NCBI RefSeq assembly: GCF_006345805.1
Contig: NC_043010.1
Location: 37,882,001 to 37,946,000 of the forward strand
DNA length: 64,000 bases
Reading direction: 5' to 3'
Source of the DNA: Octopus sinensis
Taxonomy: Eukaryota
In this document: positions 52,405 to 63,622 of the stretch, piece after piece
Position numbering within the stretch: the first letter of the stretch is position 1
Layout: the number at the start of each line of letters is the position of its first letter
Program-made: the position numbers and the translations under genes
Notes under the pieces: generated by a model
Seen by the model: only the letters and a program-made list of their open reading frames with translations
Told to the model about the DNA's origin: nothing
Databases searched by the model: none

Positions 52405-52540
52405 TTAGGAAGGGCATCCAGCTGTAGAAACTCTGCCAGATCAGATTGGAGTCTGGTGCAGCCATCTGGTTCGCCAGACCTCAGTCAAATCGTCCAACCC
52501 ATGCTAGCATGGAAAGCGGACGTTAAACGATGATGATGAT
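52405..52540 (+). mobile_element. 5'-truncated, near-consensus family D copy
   Basis: TTAGGAAGGGCATCCAGC...GGAAAGCGGACGTTAAACGATGATGATGAT. Confidence 0.9.
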
Positions 52541-53486
52541 GTTAAGTCTTTTCTTAGCTTACTGTCTGTGTTTTGTAAGAGCTTTTTGACCCTCGGCCTA
52601 ATGAAATTCCTTACACACATGCACACACACACACGCACATACACACATGTATAAACTGGCTCTCTGTCAGTTATGATGATGAGGGTTCCAGATGATCCAG
52701 TCAACAGAACAGCCAGCTCATAAAATTAATATACAGGTGGTTGAACACTCCACAGACAGGAGTACCCTTAATGTAGTCCTCTAGGAGATTCAGCTTGACA
52801 CACAATGTGACAAGGCTGACCCCTTTGAATTACAGGTACAACTCATTTTTGCCAGCTGACTGGACTGGAGCAATGTGAAATAAAGAGTCTTGCTCAAGGA
52901 CACAATACCCTGCTGGAAATTAAACTCACAGCCTTGTGATCATGATCTGAATATCCTATCCACTAAATCAGATTTTAATAAAACTTTTTCGTTTTTTATG
53001 CAAAACACCTGAAACAAGGGTACATACATGTTACATGTATTTTTCGGTTTCATAGCTTTGAGTTTTGAAAATTGTGTGTCCTGATATAAGTACCAGGAGC
53101 CAGCCTCGGTTCATATGCATTTTTGCCAATGGTTCTTAGCTATCATGGTACTGTCATGGAATTGGTAGATGTTTCCTCACTTGGCTGTCCACCCAGATTT
53201 AACTCAGACACCCCAAAGTAAATAGCTTCTATCCTGTGTTGTGGCATCGTAGAAAAAAAGAAAAAGAAAAATGGTTTTTTCACCAAAATAACTGAAAAAT
53301 AGAAAAGAATAAATAAATAAATCTAAGAAAGCCTGATGATAAAAGAAAATGAAGATTGATGATGATAATGATGATGTTGATAGTGATGATGATGATAATG
53401 ATGATGATGATGATCTAGACAAGTTTCATTCATTGAAATTGTTGACACCTTTCAATTGCAATATTTTATTCTGGCATCTAAAGACA

Positions 53487-53528
<42 letters not shown>

Positions 53529-53854
53529 AAAAAATAAAAGAAACAACCAACCCAAAATTTCAAATGGTTTCTTTTTGAAATTTTCATTGAGGAAAAATAG
53601 CCAAATAATGGCTAAGACTAAATCAATAACCATTTATTGTCATAAATCTGGAACAGGCAAATATTAAAATATCAGTCTGTGGTAATGTGAGGCCAATACC
53701 AGTACCACCACATTCCACCATCACCAAACCATTACTACTACTAAACCATTGTTACTTTTAGCACTATCGTTACATCTACTATCACCACTACCACCACCAC
53801 TACTGTTACAACTATTACCATCACTACTACCACCACCATCGCTGCTACTAATAC

Positions 53855-54215
53855 AAGGCTGTGTGGTAAGTAGCTTGCTTACCAACTACATGGTTCTCAG
53901 TTCAGTCCCACTGCATGGCACCTTGGGCAAGTGTCTTCTACTGTAACCACGGGCTGACCAAAGACTTGTGAGTGGATTTGGTAGACGGAAACTGAAAGAA
54001 GCCCGTCATATGTGTGTGTATGTTTGTGTGTCTGTGTTTGTCCCCCCAACATCATTTGACAACCGAGCGATGTCCCCATAACTTAGCGGTTTGGCAAAAG
54101 AGATTGATAGAATAAGTACTAGGCTTACAAAGAATAAGTCCTGGGGTCGATTTGTTCAACTAAAGGTGGTGCTCCAGCATGGCCGCAGTCAAATATCTGA
54201 AACAAGTAAAAGGAT
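53855..54215 (+). mobile_element. SINE family A copy
   Basis: Colinear with consensus. Further copies at 34562-35050, 50325-50680 and 57262-57638 (+) and 61820-62215 (-). Confidence 0.85.
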
Positions 54216-54491
54216 AAAAAAATAACAACAGTAGTAGTAGTAGTAGTAGTAGTAATTCTGACATGTTGGGGAGAGGATTAAGTCAATTACACAGACACCC
54301 CCATTGCTTGACTGGTGGCTATTTTATTGACCCCACCGGAAGTATTAAAGGCAAATTCAGCCTTGGAGGAATTTGAACTCTGAGCATAAATAATGGCGTA
54401 AATGATGTTGGCTTTCCATTGGCAGATTGCCACAAATGTGTACGGTACGAGTGCAAGTCAATCGACCTGACGTTACCATATTATTGGTACT

Positions 54492-54866
54492 CACCAGGGC
54501 AGGCGCAAAGTCGGAGGGCAGAAAAAGCGCTACAAGGATAGTCTCAAAGTCTCTCTCAAAGACTTCTCCATCGGAACAGAGACCTGGGAGACACTTGCTG
54601 CCAACCGCTCATCCTGGCGCAGCGCAATCACCGTGGGAGCAGGGACAGCCGAGGAGGGACGGATTCGGTCAGCGGAGCAGAAACGTCAGATGCGTAAAGT
54701 CAGAGCCGCCTGCACCAGTAGCACTGCCCCTACCCACTTCTGCCCCACCTGTGGGAGGGGCTTCCTTGCCCGGATTGGCCTCACCAGCCACCTCCGGTCT
54801 CATGGCGGCAGTTCCATCAGATGATGTCAGTTGGTCATCTTCGAACCGAAGGACGAACATTATTAC
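54492..54866 (+). mobile_element. 5'-truncated RTE-clade LINE 3' end with intact C2H2 zinc-finger C-terminus
   Basis: Stop-free frame 54492-54824: HQGRRKVGGQKKRYKDSLK...WETLAANRSSWR...CPTCGRGFLARIGLTSHLRSH; short 3' UTR GGTCATCTTCGAACCGAAGGACGAAC plus ATT tail. Confidence 0.85.
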
Positions 54867-55164
54867 TCACTACCTCATTGTTCGAAGGAAGACAGGTGAA
54901 GTCAGTCTTCTACTACAACTTGATAATAATAATGATGATAATAATAATAATAATAATTATCCTTTCTACTGGAAGCACAAGGCCTCAAATTTGGGGGAAG
55001 GGATTAAGTCAATTACATTGAGCCCCAGTGCGTAACTGGTACTTGTTTAATTGACCCCAAAAAGATGAAAGGCAAAGTTGACCTTGGTGGAATTTGAACT
55101 CAAAACATAGCGGCAGATGAAATACTGTTAAGCATTTCTTCTCAGCATGCTAATGATTCTGCCT

Positions 55165-55803
55165 TCATCATCATCATCATCATCATCATTTAACATCCGT
55201 TGTCCATGTTGGCATGGGTTGGACAGTTTGACTGGACTGGCATGCTGGAAGGCCGCGCCAGGCTCCAATCTGATTTGACATGGTTTTCTATGACTGGATA
55301 CCCTTCCTAATGTCAACCACTCCAAGAGTGTAATGGTTGCTTTTACGTTCCATTGGCACAGGTGGCATTTGTGTGACACCAGTATCTGCCATGACTGTGA
55401 TTTTGCTTGGCTTGATGTGTCTTCTTCTCAACCATGACATAATGCCAAAGCTTGTGGCCGTAAGGTTGCAGTTTCGATTCCCAGACTGGGTGTTGTGAGT
55501 GTTTATTGAGCAAAAACATCTAAAGCTCCATGAGGCTCCAGCAGGGGGTGGTGGCAAACCCTACTGTACTCTTTCACCACAACTTTCTCTCACTCTTTCT
55601 TCCTGTTTCTGTTGTATCTGTATTTTGAAGGGGTCAGCCTTGTCACACTCTGTGTCACGCTGAATCTCCCCGAGAAACTACGTTAACAGTACACGTGTCT
55701 GTGGAGTACTCAGCCACTTGCACGTTAGTTTCACGAGCAGGCTCTTCCGTTGATCGGATCAACTGGAACCCTTGTCGTTGTAACCGACAGAGTGCCACAA
55801 CAA
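55165..55803. mobile_element. Family D (minus, 55165-55450) abutting a head-truncated family C copy (plus, 55455-55803)
   Basis: Both colinear with their consensus; the junction removes both 5' ends. Confidence 0.8.
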
Positions 55804-56589
55804 TGTATGTAGAAAACTGTGTTGTGTAGTTCTTTAAGTCCATTTGTGTTTTAGTATTTATTAGTATCTGTCTGTACATGTGCTACCGAGTGAGAAAGAG
55901 AAATATTCTTAACAAGGAAGATGGTGAGAGGAAAGATGACCAGCTTGTTTGCAGTGCAACATACTCCATAACTATTAATTTTTTATTATTTTTTTTCTTC
56001 ATAGTGTTGAGTAACACCAATAACAGTCGGTCTTATGCTTCACATGCACCTGAACACATGCACAACCAGGTGTATATATACCTACTTTTACAAATGCATA
56101 GACATATATCTGTGTGTGTGTGTGTGTGTGTGTATTCTATATTTTAGTTGTGTTTCTGTTTTTTTAAACACACCTCATTCCCCCTCTTAAAAAGTCTGAT
56201 ACTTATAATGACTCATTTGTAACCCTCCTTACTTTCCCCGCCTCCCCTTCTTCTTTCTTTTCACCACCACCACCTCCACCAGCATCAGTTGAGTAAAGTT
56301 TCGGATAGGGTGTATAACTTTTGTGGAATGTGCGCACATACACACAAACACACACATACACCTATACACACACACAAACACACACATACGCCTATACACA
56401 CACACACACACACACATGCAAAAGCGAACTCATAAAATATACCTATATTTGCTTTTTTTAAAAAAAAGAATGAAAAGCAGTGACTCTTACAAAACTTGTC
56501 TGGTTTCCTTAATAGAATTTGTCAAAGAAATTTGTGGGGGGGAGGGCATGCAGGAGGTTGTATGAATGTATGTATGTGTGTGATGTGAT

Positions 56590-56624
<35 letters not shown>

Positions 56625-57651
56625 TATATATACACTCACACACACGCACATATCCATCTTCATCATTGTTAAACATTTGATTTCCATGCTGATGTGGGTT
56701 GGACATATATGTATGCATATACTTTGTGTGTGTGATGTGTGGCTTAAGAGAAAAAATGGAGACCTCACTGGATATACTCTTAAACATATTATACCCATGA
56801 GAAAGACTGGATACTCATGGCATGGTTGGAACATTTTGACAGAAGGTCTTCTCAACCTAGGTTCACTTGGGGTGAAACAGTTACAACCATCATAATACTT
56901 AGGGGGAGCATTTTATGTATGCATGTCTGAATAGCCTTCCTAACAGATGTTCACTGTTAAGAGGGCCATGAATATAACAATGTCCTGTTTCTTCAGCTCG
57001 TAGATGTCAGTGAAGACAAACCTGTGACATGTGCATCAACAGTGATATGCTGAGGGCATCATGTCTGATGTTCTGATGATAGGTCAATTTACCATCTAAT
57101 ACTGGGGTCAATATATTTGACTACACAGGGCCTCCGTTGAACAAGGTTGATCATGCATACATGTCCAGGCCTGGGTAAGATTTTTGTGAGGAAGATTGAC
57201 AGTTGTCCATACATGCAGGTCTATCTGGGGGATACAAATGCTATGAGATATTCTATCCAGTACCTGTATGGTAAGTAGCTTGCTTACCAACCATATGGTT
57301 CTGGGTTCAGTCCCACTGCGTGGAACCTTGGGCAAGTGTTTTCTACTATAGCCTGAAGCCAAACAAAGCCTTGTGAGTGGATTTGGTAGACGGAAACTGA
57401 AAGAAGCCCATTGTGTATATGTATATATATATTTGTGTGTCTGTTCCCCCCCCCCCCAGCATCGCTTGACAACCAATGCTGGTGTGTTTGCGTCCCTGTA
57501 ACTTGGCAGTTCGACAAAAGAAACCGATAGAATAAGTACTATGCTTACGAAAAGAATAATTCCTGGGGTCGATTTCCTCGACTAAAGGCGGTGCTCCAGC
57601 ATGGCCACAGTCAAATAATTAAAACAAGTAAAAGAGTAAGCAACATATAAG

Positions 57652-57764
57652 ATGGTACAACCACCAGGTGAAATGATACAGACTCCAGATGAAATGAGGC
57701 ACAATCTCCTGATGGAATGGTTCAACCTACAGATGAAATGGTACAACCACCAGATGACATATAG
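57652..57764 (+). repeat. 21-bp minisatellite, 5 units, reading as MVQPPDE-like heptads
   Basis: ATGGTACAACCACCAGATGAA-type units with one 2-nt insertion in unit 3. Confidence 0.85.
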
Positions 57765-58882
57765 CTTAGATGCACAATGTCTGCCAAGAATTGGGGCTGA
57801 TCAGGACTTGCATACTGCAGTGTCCTTACACTTGCTTGATGCGAAAGTGGGTGGATGAATTTTAAACAACAACAACAACAACAACAAACAGAAATATCTG
57901 ATTGTACTGCTGTGGCACAATGTGATGAATGTGTAATGGGTGTGGGTGTGTGTGTTTTTTTGAGTGCGACAGCATATATAGGCTTGTTTATCTTTGTGTG
58001 GGAAACAGCAGCTGATATTGTGAATGAAAAGAAAAAAGTAAAAAGAACATTGAAGACGCAGCAGTCATCATCATCATCATCATCATCATTGTCCTTCACT
58101 GTCATCATCATCATCATCATCAATGTTGTCGTTGTTGCTGTTGAAGAGTTCAATATTACACTTCTTTCTGATTGCTTTTAATCCTGTTAAATAAAATTCG
58201 AAAGAAAACAGTCGCCTTCTTAACAAAAGTTCGAACAATAAAAAAGCAAAAAAAAACCAAAAAAACAAAGAAAAGAAAATTAGAACCATAACAAGAACAC
58301 TTTAAAAAAACAGCAACAGAAACAAGAATAACAGCAGCAACAACAACTGGAACAAAAATAGTTACAATAGTATCAACATCATCATCATCATCAACAGCAG
58401 CAGTATTAGCCACAGGAACAACAGCAACAAATTCAATCTGATTTGTTCCTATATCATGATCATCATCATCATCATCATCCACCCCTCCCTGACTTCTCCC
58501 TTCTAATTTCTCCCACCCTTCCCACCTCTGCTGTTCCATTGTAGAATTCATATCCTGTCTCAATGTGAAATGGAAGTGCGGGTGTGGAGAGGGGGGAGTT
58601 GAGATTAATGGGGAAGAGAAGAAGAGCATGTATGTTTTTCTGTTTATATATATATATATACACACACACACATCTAATGCATGTATATATATATATATAT
58701 ACATGTGTGTGTGATGTGTGGGTTTGTGTAAAATGTGTCTTCGTTCTTTTCCTTTTAATTTTAGGTTCATACTGATTAGCATGCGTATGTAATTATGTGT
58801 GTATAAATAAATACGCACACATCCACACACAAGCATGTGCGTACAAAAGCTTGCACTAACACACACACGCACAAATGTGTGG

Positions 58883-58931
<49 letters not shown>

Positions 58932-59699
58932 AATGCTTGTGCACATATATGACATGCATACACTAACAACATGCAAACATGTATTTGTGTGAGTGTGTGT
59001 ATACATGTACATACATGTGCATGCATGTGTGTATACATGTACATACATGAATGTGTTTATGTGCACATGAGATCTGCTAATGCATGAAATTACATACATG
59101 CACACATGCCTACCTGTATGCATGTATGCACATACAGGTGAACATACATACACATGCATAAGAACACGTTCATATACAGATATAAACTCACTCACTCTCG
59201 TACGCACACACATACACACACACACAATCATGCATAACATCCTTACTTTCACCTCTTGCCCTATATTTCTCTGTATCTGATTGTTTGTGACAAAAAAGTA
59301 GAGATAATCACATGTGTGCACACACACACACACACACACTGACATACGTGCATGCACACGCACACACAGCACAGAGACAAACAACATGCACATGAGCACA
59401 GAGACACACAGACAAATGCACACACAATAACAACGAAAGAAGCTGATAATGTTGGATGATAATGTTGGAAGGGGTTTAGTAGATCTCCGTTCTTGACCAC
59501 AGCTTAATTGTGCTAACCCCACTGAAGGAAGGGGAAATTAAGTTGATCCTGGAGGAATATGAAATCAGAGTGTAAAAAGCTTGACATTTTATTCAGTGCT
59601 CTAACAAGTTTGCCAGCTTACTACCCTAAATAATAATAATAATAATAATATTTTCTACTATAGGTGCAAGGCCTGAAATTTTGGGGAAGGGGTTGTTGT

Positions 59700-60240
59700 C
59701 GTGGCCGATGACAGTACTGCCTGATTGGCACCCATGCCAGTGGCACATGAAAAGCACCATTCAAGTGTGGTCGACGCCAGTACCACCTGACTGGCTGGTG
59801 GCATGTTAAAAGCACCATTTGAAGGTAGTTGATGCCAGTACCGGCTGACTGGTCTCATGCCAGTGGCACAAGAAAAGTACCATTCGAGCGTGGCTGTTGC
59901 CAGAGCTGCCTAACTGGCTCCTGTGCCAGTAGCACATAAAAAGCACTATTCAGGCATGGTCGATGCCAGTACCACCTGAATGGCCCTCGTGCCAGTGGCA
60001 CATAAACAGCACTATTCAGGCATGGTCGATGCCAGTACCACCTGAATGGCCCTCGTGCCAGTGGCACATAAACAGCACCCACTACACTCTCGGAGTGGTT
60101 GGCATTAGGAAGGGCATCCAGCTATAGAAACTTTGCCAGATTGGATTGGAGCCTGGTACAGCCTTCTGGATTGCAAGCCCTCAGTCAAACTGTCCAACCC
60201 ATGCCAGCATGGAAAATAGATGTTAAATGATGATGATGAT
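59700..60240 (+). mobile_element. Family D copy with about 6 tandem units, the last two an exact 66-bp duplication
   Basis: AGCACTATTCAGGCATGGTCGATGCC... at 59942 and 60008. Confidence 0.9.
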
Positions 60241-60760
60241 GAGGGGACTACTCAATTATATCGACCTCAGTGCTTAAGTGGTTCTTATTTTATCAACCCA
60301 TAAAAGATGAATGGCGAAGTTGACCTCGGTAGAATTTGAACTCAAAATGTAGTAGTTTGTTTTTATGTTCTGAGTTCAAATTTCGCCAAAATCAACTTTG
60401 CCTTTCATCCTTTTGGGGGTCGATGTAATCAACATACCCCGTCTCCTCAAAATCTTCTGGCTCTGTGCCAAAATTTGAAACAATAGTAATAATAATAATG
60501 ATGATGATGATGATTTCAAATTTTGCCACAAGGACAGCAGTTTTGTCGGAGCGGATGAGTTGATTACATCGCCCCCTCCCCCAATGTTTAACTGGTACTT
60601 GTATTTATTGACCCCGAGAAGATGAAAAGTAAAGTTGACCTCGGCAGAATTTGAACACAGAATGTACCAATGAGCGAAATACCGCTAAGCATTTCATCAA
60701 TAATAATAATAATAGTAATAATAATAATAATCTTTTCTACTAAAGGTACAAGACCTGAAA
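60240..60760. mobile_element. Cluster of family B copies in mixed orientation
   Basis: B core motifs on both strands, separated by (AAT)n/(GAT)n. Confidence 0.75.
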
Positions 60761-61672
60761 TTGGGAATAACAGTAACGATAATTATAATTGGTGGTGATG
60801 GTGATGGTTGTATTGATTGATAATGTCTTTGAAAAAAATTCATGTTAAAATGCTGAAAAAAATAAATGGAACGGAAATAGATTTTAAATCTGAGTAAGAT
60901 AAGTTACAAGATCAACAACAACAACAACATCATTGATAGCCACAACATGGAAAGAAATTATTGCTGCAGTGTTTTTATTAGATTTGATTAGGTTAACAGT
61001 AACAGTTAATTGAATCTTCCACATATCACTAGTGTTTGCTGTTGTTGTTTAGCCCCGAGTCAATCTTGATTGTGCAGACTTTGTGATCAGTGTTACTCCA
61101 GCCATGCCTGTCTTGAATTTGCTTCAAGCATAGCGTATCTAGGACTACATTATTTAATGTATAATTTTTTTTTTTTTATTTGAAAGGTAATATATATATG
61201 CAGGTGTGGCTGTGTGGTAAGAAGCTTGCTTCCCAACCACATGGTTCTGGGTTCAGTCCATCTCTGTGACACCTTGGGCGAGTGTCTTCTACTACAGCCT
61301 CAAGCCGATCAAAGCCTTGTGAGAGGTTTTAGTAGATGGAAGCTGAAAGAAGCCTGCCATAAATAAGAAATAGAAAACAAAAACAATAAATTGAACAATT
61401 ATAAATTCAATTCAATTTAATTATTTTAAACATACAAATGACACATCTCGTAAATTATTCTTCGGATATTTAGTTTCCCTTAGGTGGTTTCTTTAATACC
61501 TAGCTGAATTGTGATATATATACATATATATGAATTTCTATAAATAAGGATAAGATTGTTAATTTAAATATCAATCTTATCAAGTGGCCAGCATGGGAAT
61601 AAAAACCTTCAAAGGTAATAATTATTATTAAAATTATAATTTAGGTTATCTAAGAGGTACCACCACGCTGGA

Positions 61673-61738
61673 AATAGCAGCCAAAACTTGACTCTAAAAC
61701 ATTTAATGTGGTTTTAGAGTCAAGTTTTAGCTGCTATT
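61673..61738. other. 66-nt hairpin (28-bp arms, 1 mismatch, 10-nt loop)
   Basis: AATAGCAGCCAAAACTTGACTCTAAAAC-ATTTAATGTG-GTTTTAGAGTCAAGTTTTAGCTGCTATT. Confidence 0.9.
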
Positions 61739-62323
61739 AATCATCCATGAACTTTGTAGTATATTACGGTTGCGTAATAACGAAATACTGTCACCCTACA
61801 CGTCATTAAAACCCATTTATACTCTTTTACTCTTTTACTTGCTTCAGTCATTTGACTGTGGCCATGCTGGAGCACCGCCTTTAGTCGAGCAGATCGACCC
61901 CAGGATTTATTCATTGTAAGCCTAGTACTTATTCTATCGGTCTCTTTTGCTGAACCACTAAGTTATGTGAACATAAGCACACCAGCATCAGTTGTCAAGC
62001 GATGTTGGGGGTCAAACACAGACACACAAACATATATATACATATATACGACAGGCTTCTTTCAGTTTCCATCTACCAAATCCACTCACAAGGCTTTGGT
62101 TGGCCCAAGGCTATAGTAGAAGACATTTGCTCAAGGTGCCACGCAGTGGGACTGAACCTAGAACCATGTGGTTGGTAAGCAAGCTACTTACCACACAGCC
62201 ACTTCTGTGCCTATATGCCCATAAATTTAATGAAGTCTTAAAATTTTACTGTATTTAGATTAAACATTATGGTAAGCTTTCACAATCTGGAAGAGAACAA
62301 CAGTATGTAACTGTTAGCTACAG

Positions 62324-62372
62324 GAGTTGACTACCTGCTGAACCTATCGTATGATCAGTCAGATGCTTCCCG
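62324..62372 (+). other. Candidate 49-nt plus-strand exon
   Basis: Preceded by TACAG, followed by the perfect donor CG|GTGAGT; one open frame VDYLLNLSYDQSDASR. Confidence 0.3.
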
Positions 62373-62454
62373 GTGAGTTTATGTCCAAACAAGCCGGAGG
62401 AGGTTTTGTATTGCAAAAACGCAACCAGGGGTATATATGGGTTAATATTTATGT

Positions 62455-62672
62455 ACCTGTAAGGCGGCAAGCTGGCAGAATCATTAGCTCGCTGGGCAAA
62501 ATGCTTAGTGGTATTTCATGTCTTTACATTCTGAGTTCAAACTCCACTGAGGTTGACTTTGCCTTTCATCCTTTCGGAGTTGATAAATTAAGTACCAGTT
62601 GTGTACTGGAGTAGATCGAATTGACTGGCGCCCTCCCACCAAAATTTTGGGCCTTGTGGCTAGAGTAGATAA
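62455..62672 (+). mobile_element. SINE family B (tail type 2)
   Basis: Full head, core and GGCCTTGTGGCTAGAGTAGA tail. Confidence 0.85.
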
Positions 62673-62950
62673 GACTGATGAGAGTAAATATTGTAATGTA
62701 TTTGATCCATTTCCCCTCGTGTTTCGGCTTTCTCTGAATTGTAGGACTTTTACTTCTTCTGGCCCCTCCCCACCTTCACATTCTTTTACTGCTATAATAA
62801 CATCTGGGGTGGGTGGATAGGCAGGGTAGGTGCGTTGGATAGAATCTGTTGTGATGTTCATTCTGACTCTGTACTCTGAGTTCAGATCATGATAGGTTTG
62901 ACTCTTTCTCTTCTTCCTCTTTTTCTTTCTCCTCCTTAAATTGGCTGTAG

Positions 62951-63134
62951 ATTGACCTGGAAAAAGATGCGCTCCATCAAGTTGAGAAAATGCAGAAGAC
63001 CTCCTTGGCAAATAGAGACACATACTTGCCTGCACATAAATACACCTATGTGTATGAAACATTCTTGTTTACACGTATTTGTAAACAAATATTCATATGC
63101 ATATGTGCATACACACATGCACACATATATATGA
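62951..63134 (+). other. Candidate plus-strand exon after a strong splice acceptor
   Basis: Pyrimidine tract 62902-62937 then CTGTAG| with no intervening AG; in phase with the 62324-62372 exon. Confidence 0.3.
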
Positions 63135-63203
63135 AACATACTTGTATCTGCACACACGTGTGCACGCATATATATATATATATATATATATAGATATATA
63201 TAT

Positions 63204-63235
<32 letters not shown>

Positions 63236-63237
<2 letters not shown>

Positions 63238-63622
63238 CATGGAGTATATTTGCCACTTAAATGTGGCTAACCCTTAAGGGTTGATGCTACTGTAGTTTGT
63301 AGCCCCAGGAAGTCATCTCCTCCAGCTGGCTATTGACACACTACCTGTGCCCTATCAGTATTCGCAAAAGGAAGTCATCATTCCCATCTCCAACCTGACG
63401 CAATACACACGGACCCGAGTTTCTGAGTATTGACCCGTCATCAGCGTGTGACAACCACCAATTGGCAGTGGGAAGTGATTCTCAATGCAAAAATATATAT
63501 ACTTTTTTCCAGATAGTGTATCAAAATCCAGCTGGAGGAGATGTCTTCCTGGGGCTACAAGCTACAGTAGCATCGCGCCCTTTGGGATTAGCCACATTTA
63601 GGTGGCAAATATACTTCATGAT
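63236..63622. mobile_element. Fold-back element with ~110-bp inverted repeats; probable Penelope-like element terminus
   Basis: Arms 63236-63347 and 63510-63622 are reverse complements (roughly 85-90% identity); they start at a (TA)n tract and enclose a hammerhead motif. Confidence 0.7.
63406..63450 (-). ncRNA. Minimal type-I hammerhead ribozyme motif
   Basis: Minus strand: CACACG CUGAUGA C GGGU CAAU ACUC A GAA AC UCGG GU C/ CGUGUG. This gives a 6-bp stem I, conserved core, 4-bp stem II, 2-bp stem III and a GUC cleavage triplet. Confidence 0.75.

Noticed and set aside
54427-55035. 202-aa plus-strand ORF
   Set aside because: It is an alternative frame over the RTE fragment; the meaningful frame is 54492-54824.
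59715-60075. CRISPR-like repeat array in family D copies
   Set aside because: The inter-repeat segments are homologous to each other (whole-unit minisatellite), the context is eukaryotic and no cas genes are present.
61711-61731. GTTTTAGAG resembling the Cas9 repeat/sgRNA start
   Set aside because: A 9-nt AT-rich coincidence within one arm of a hairpin; no array or anti-repeat.
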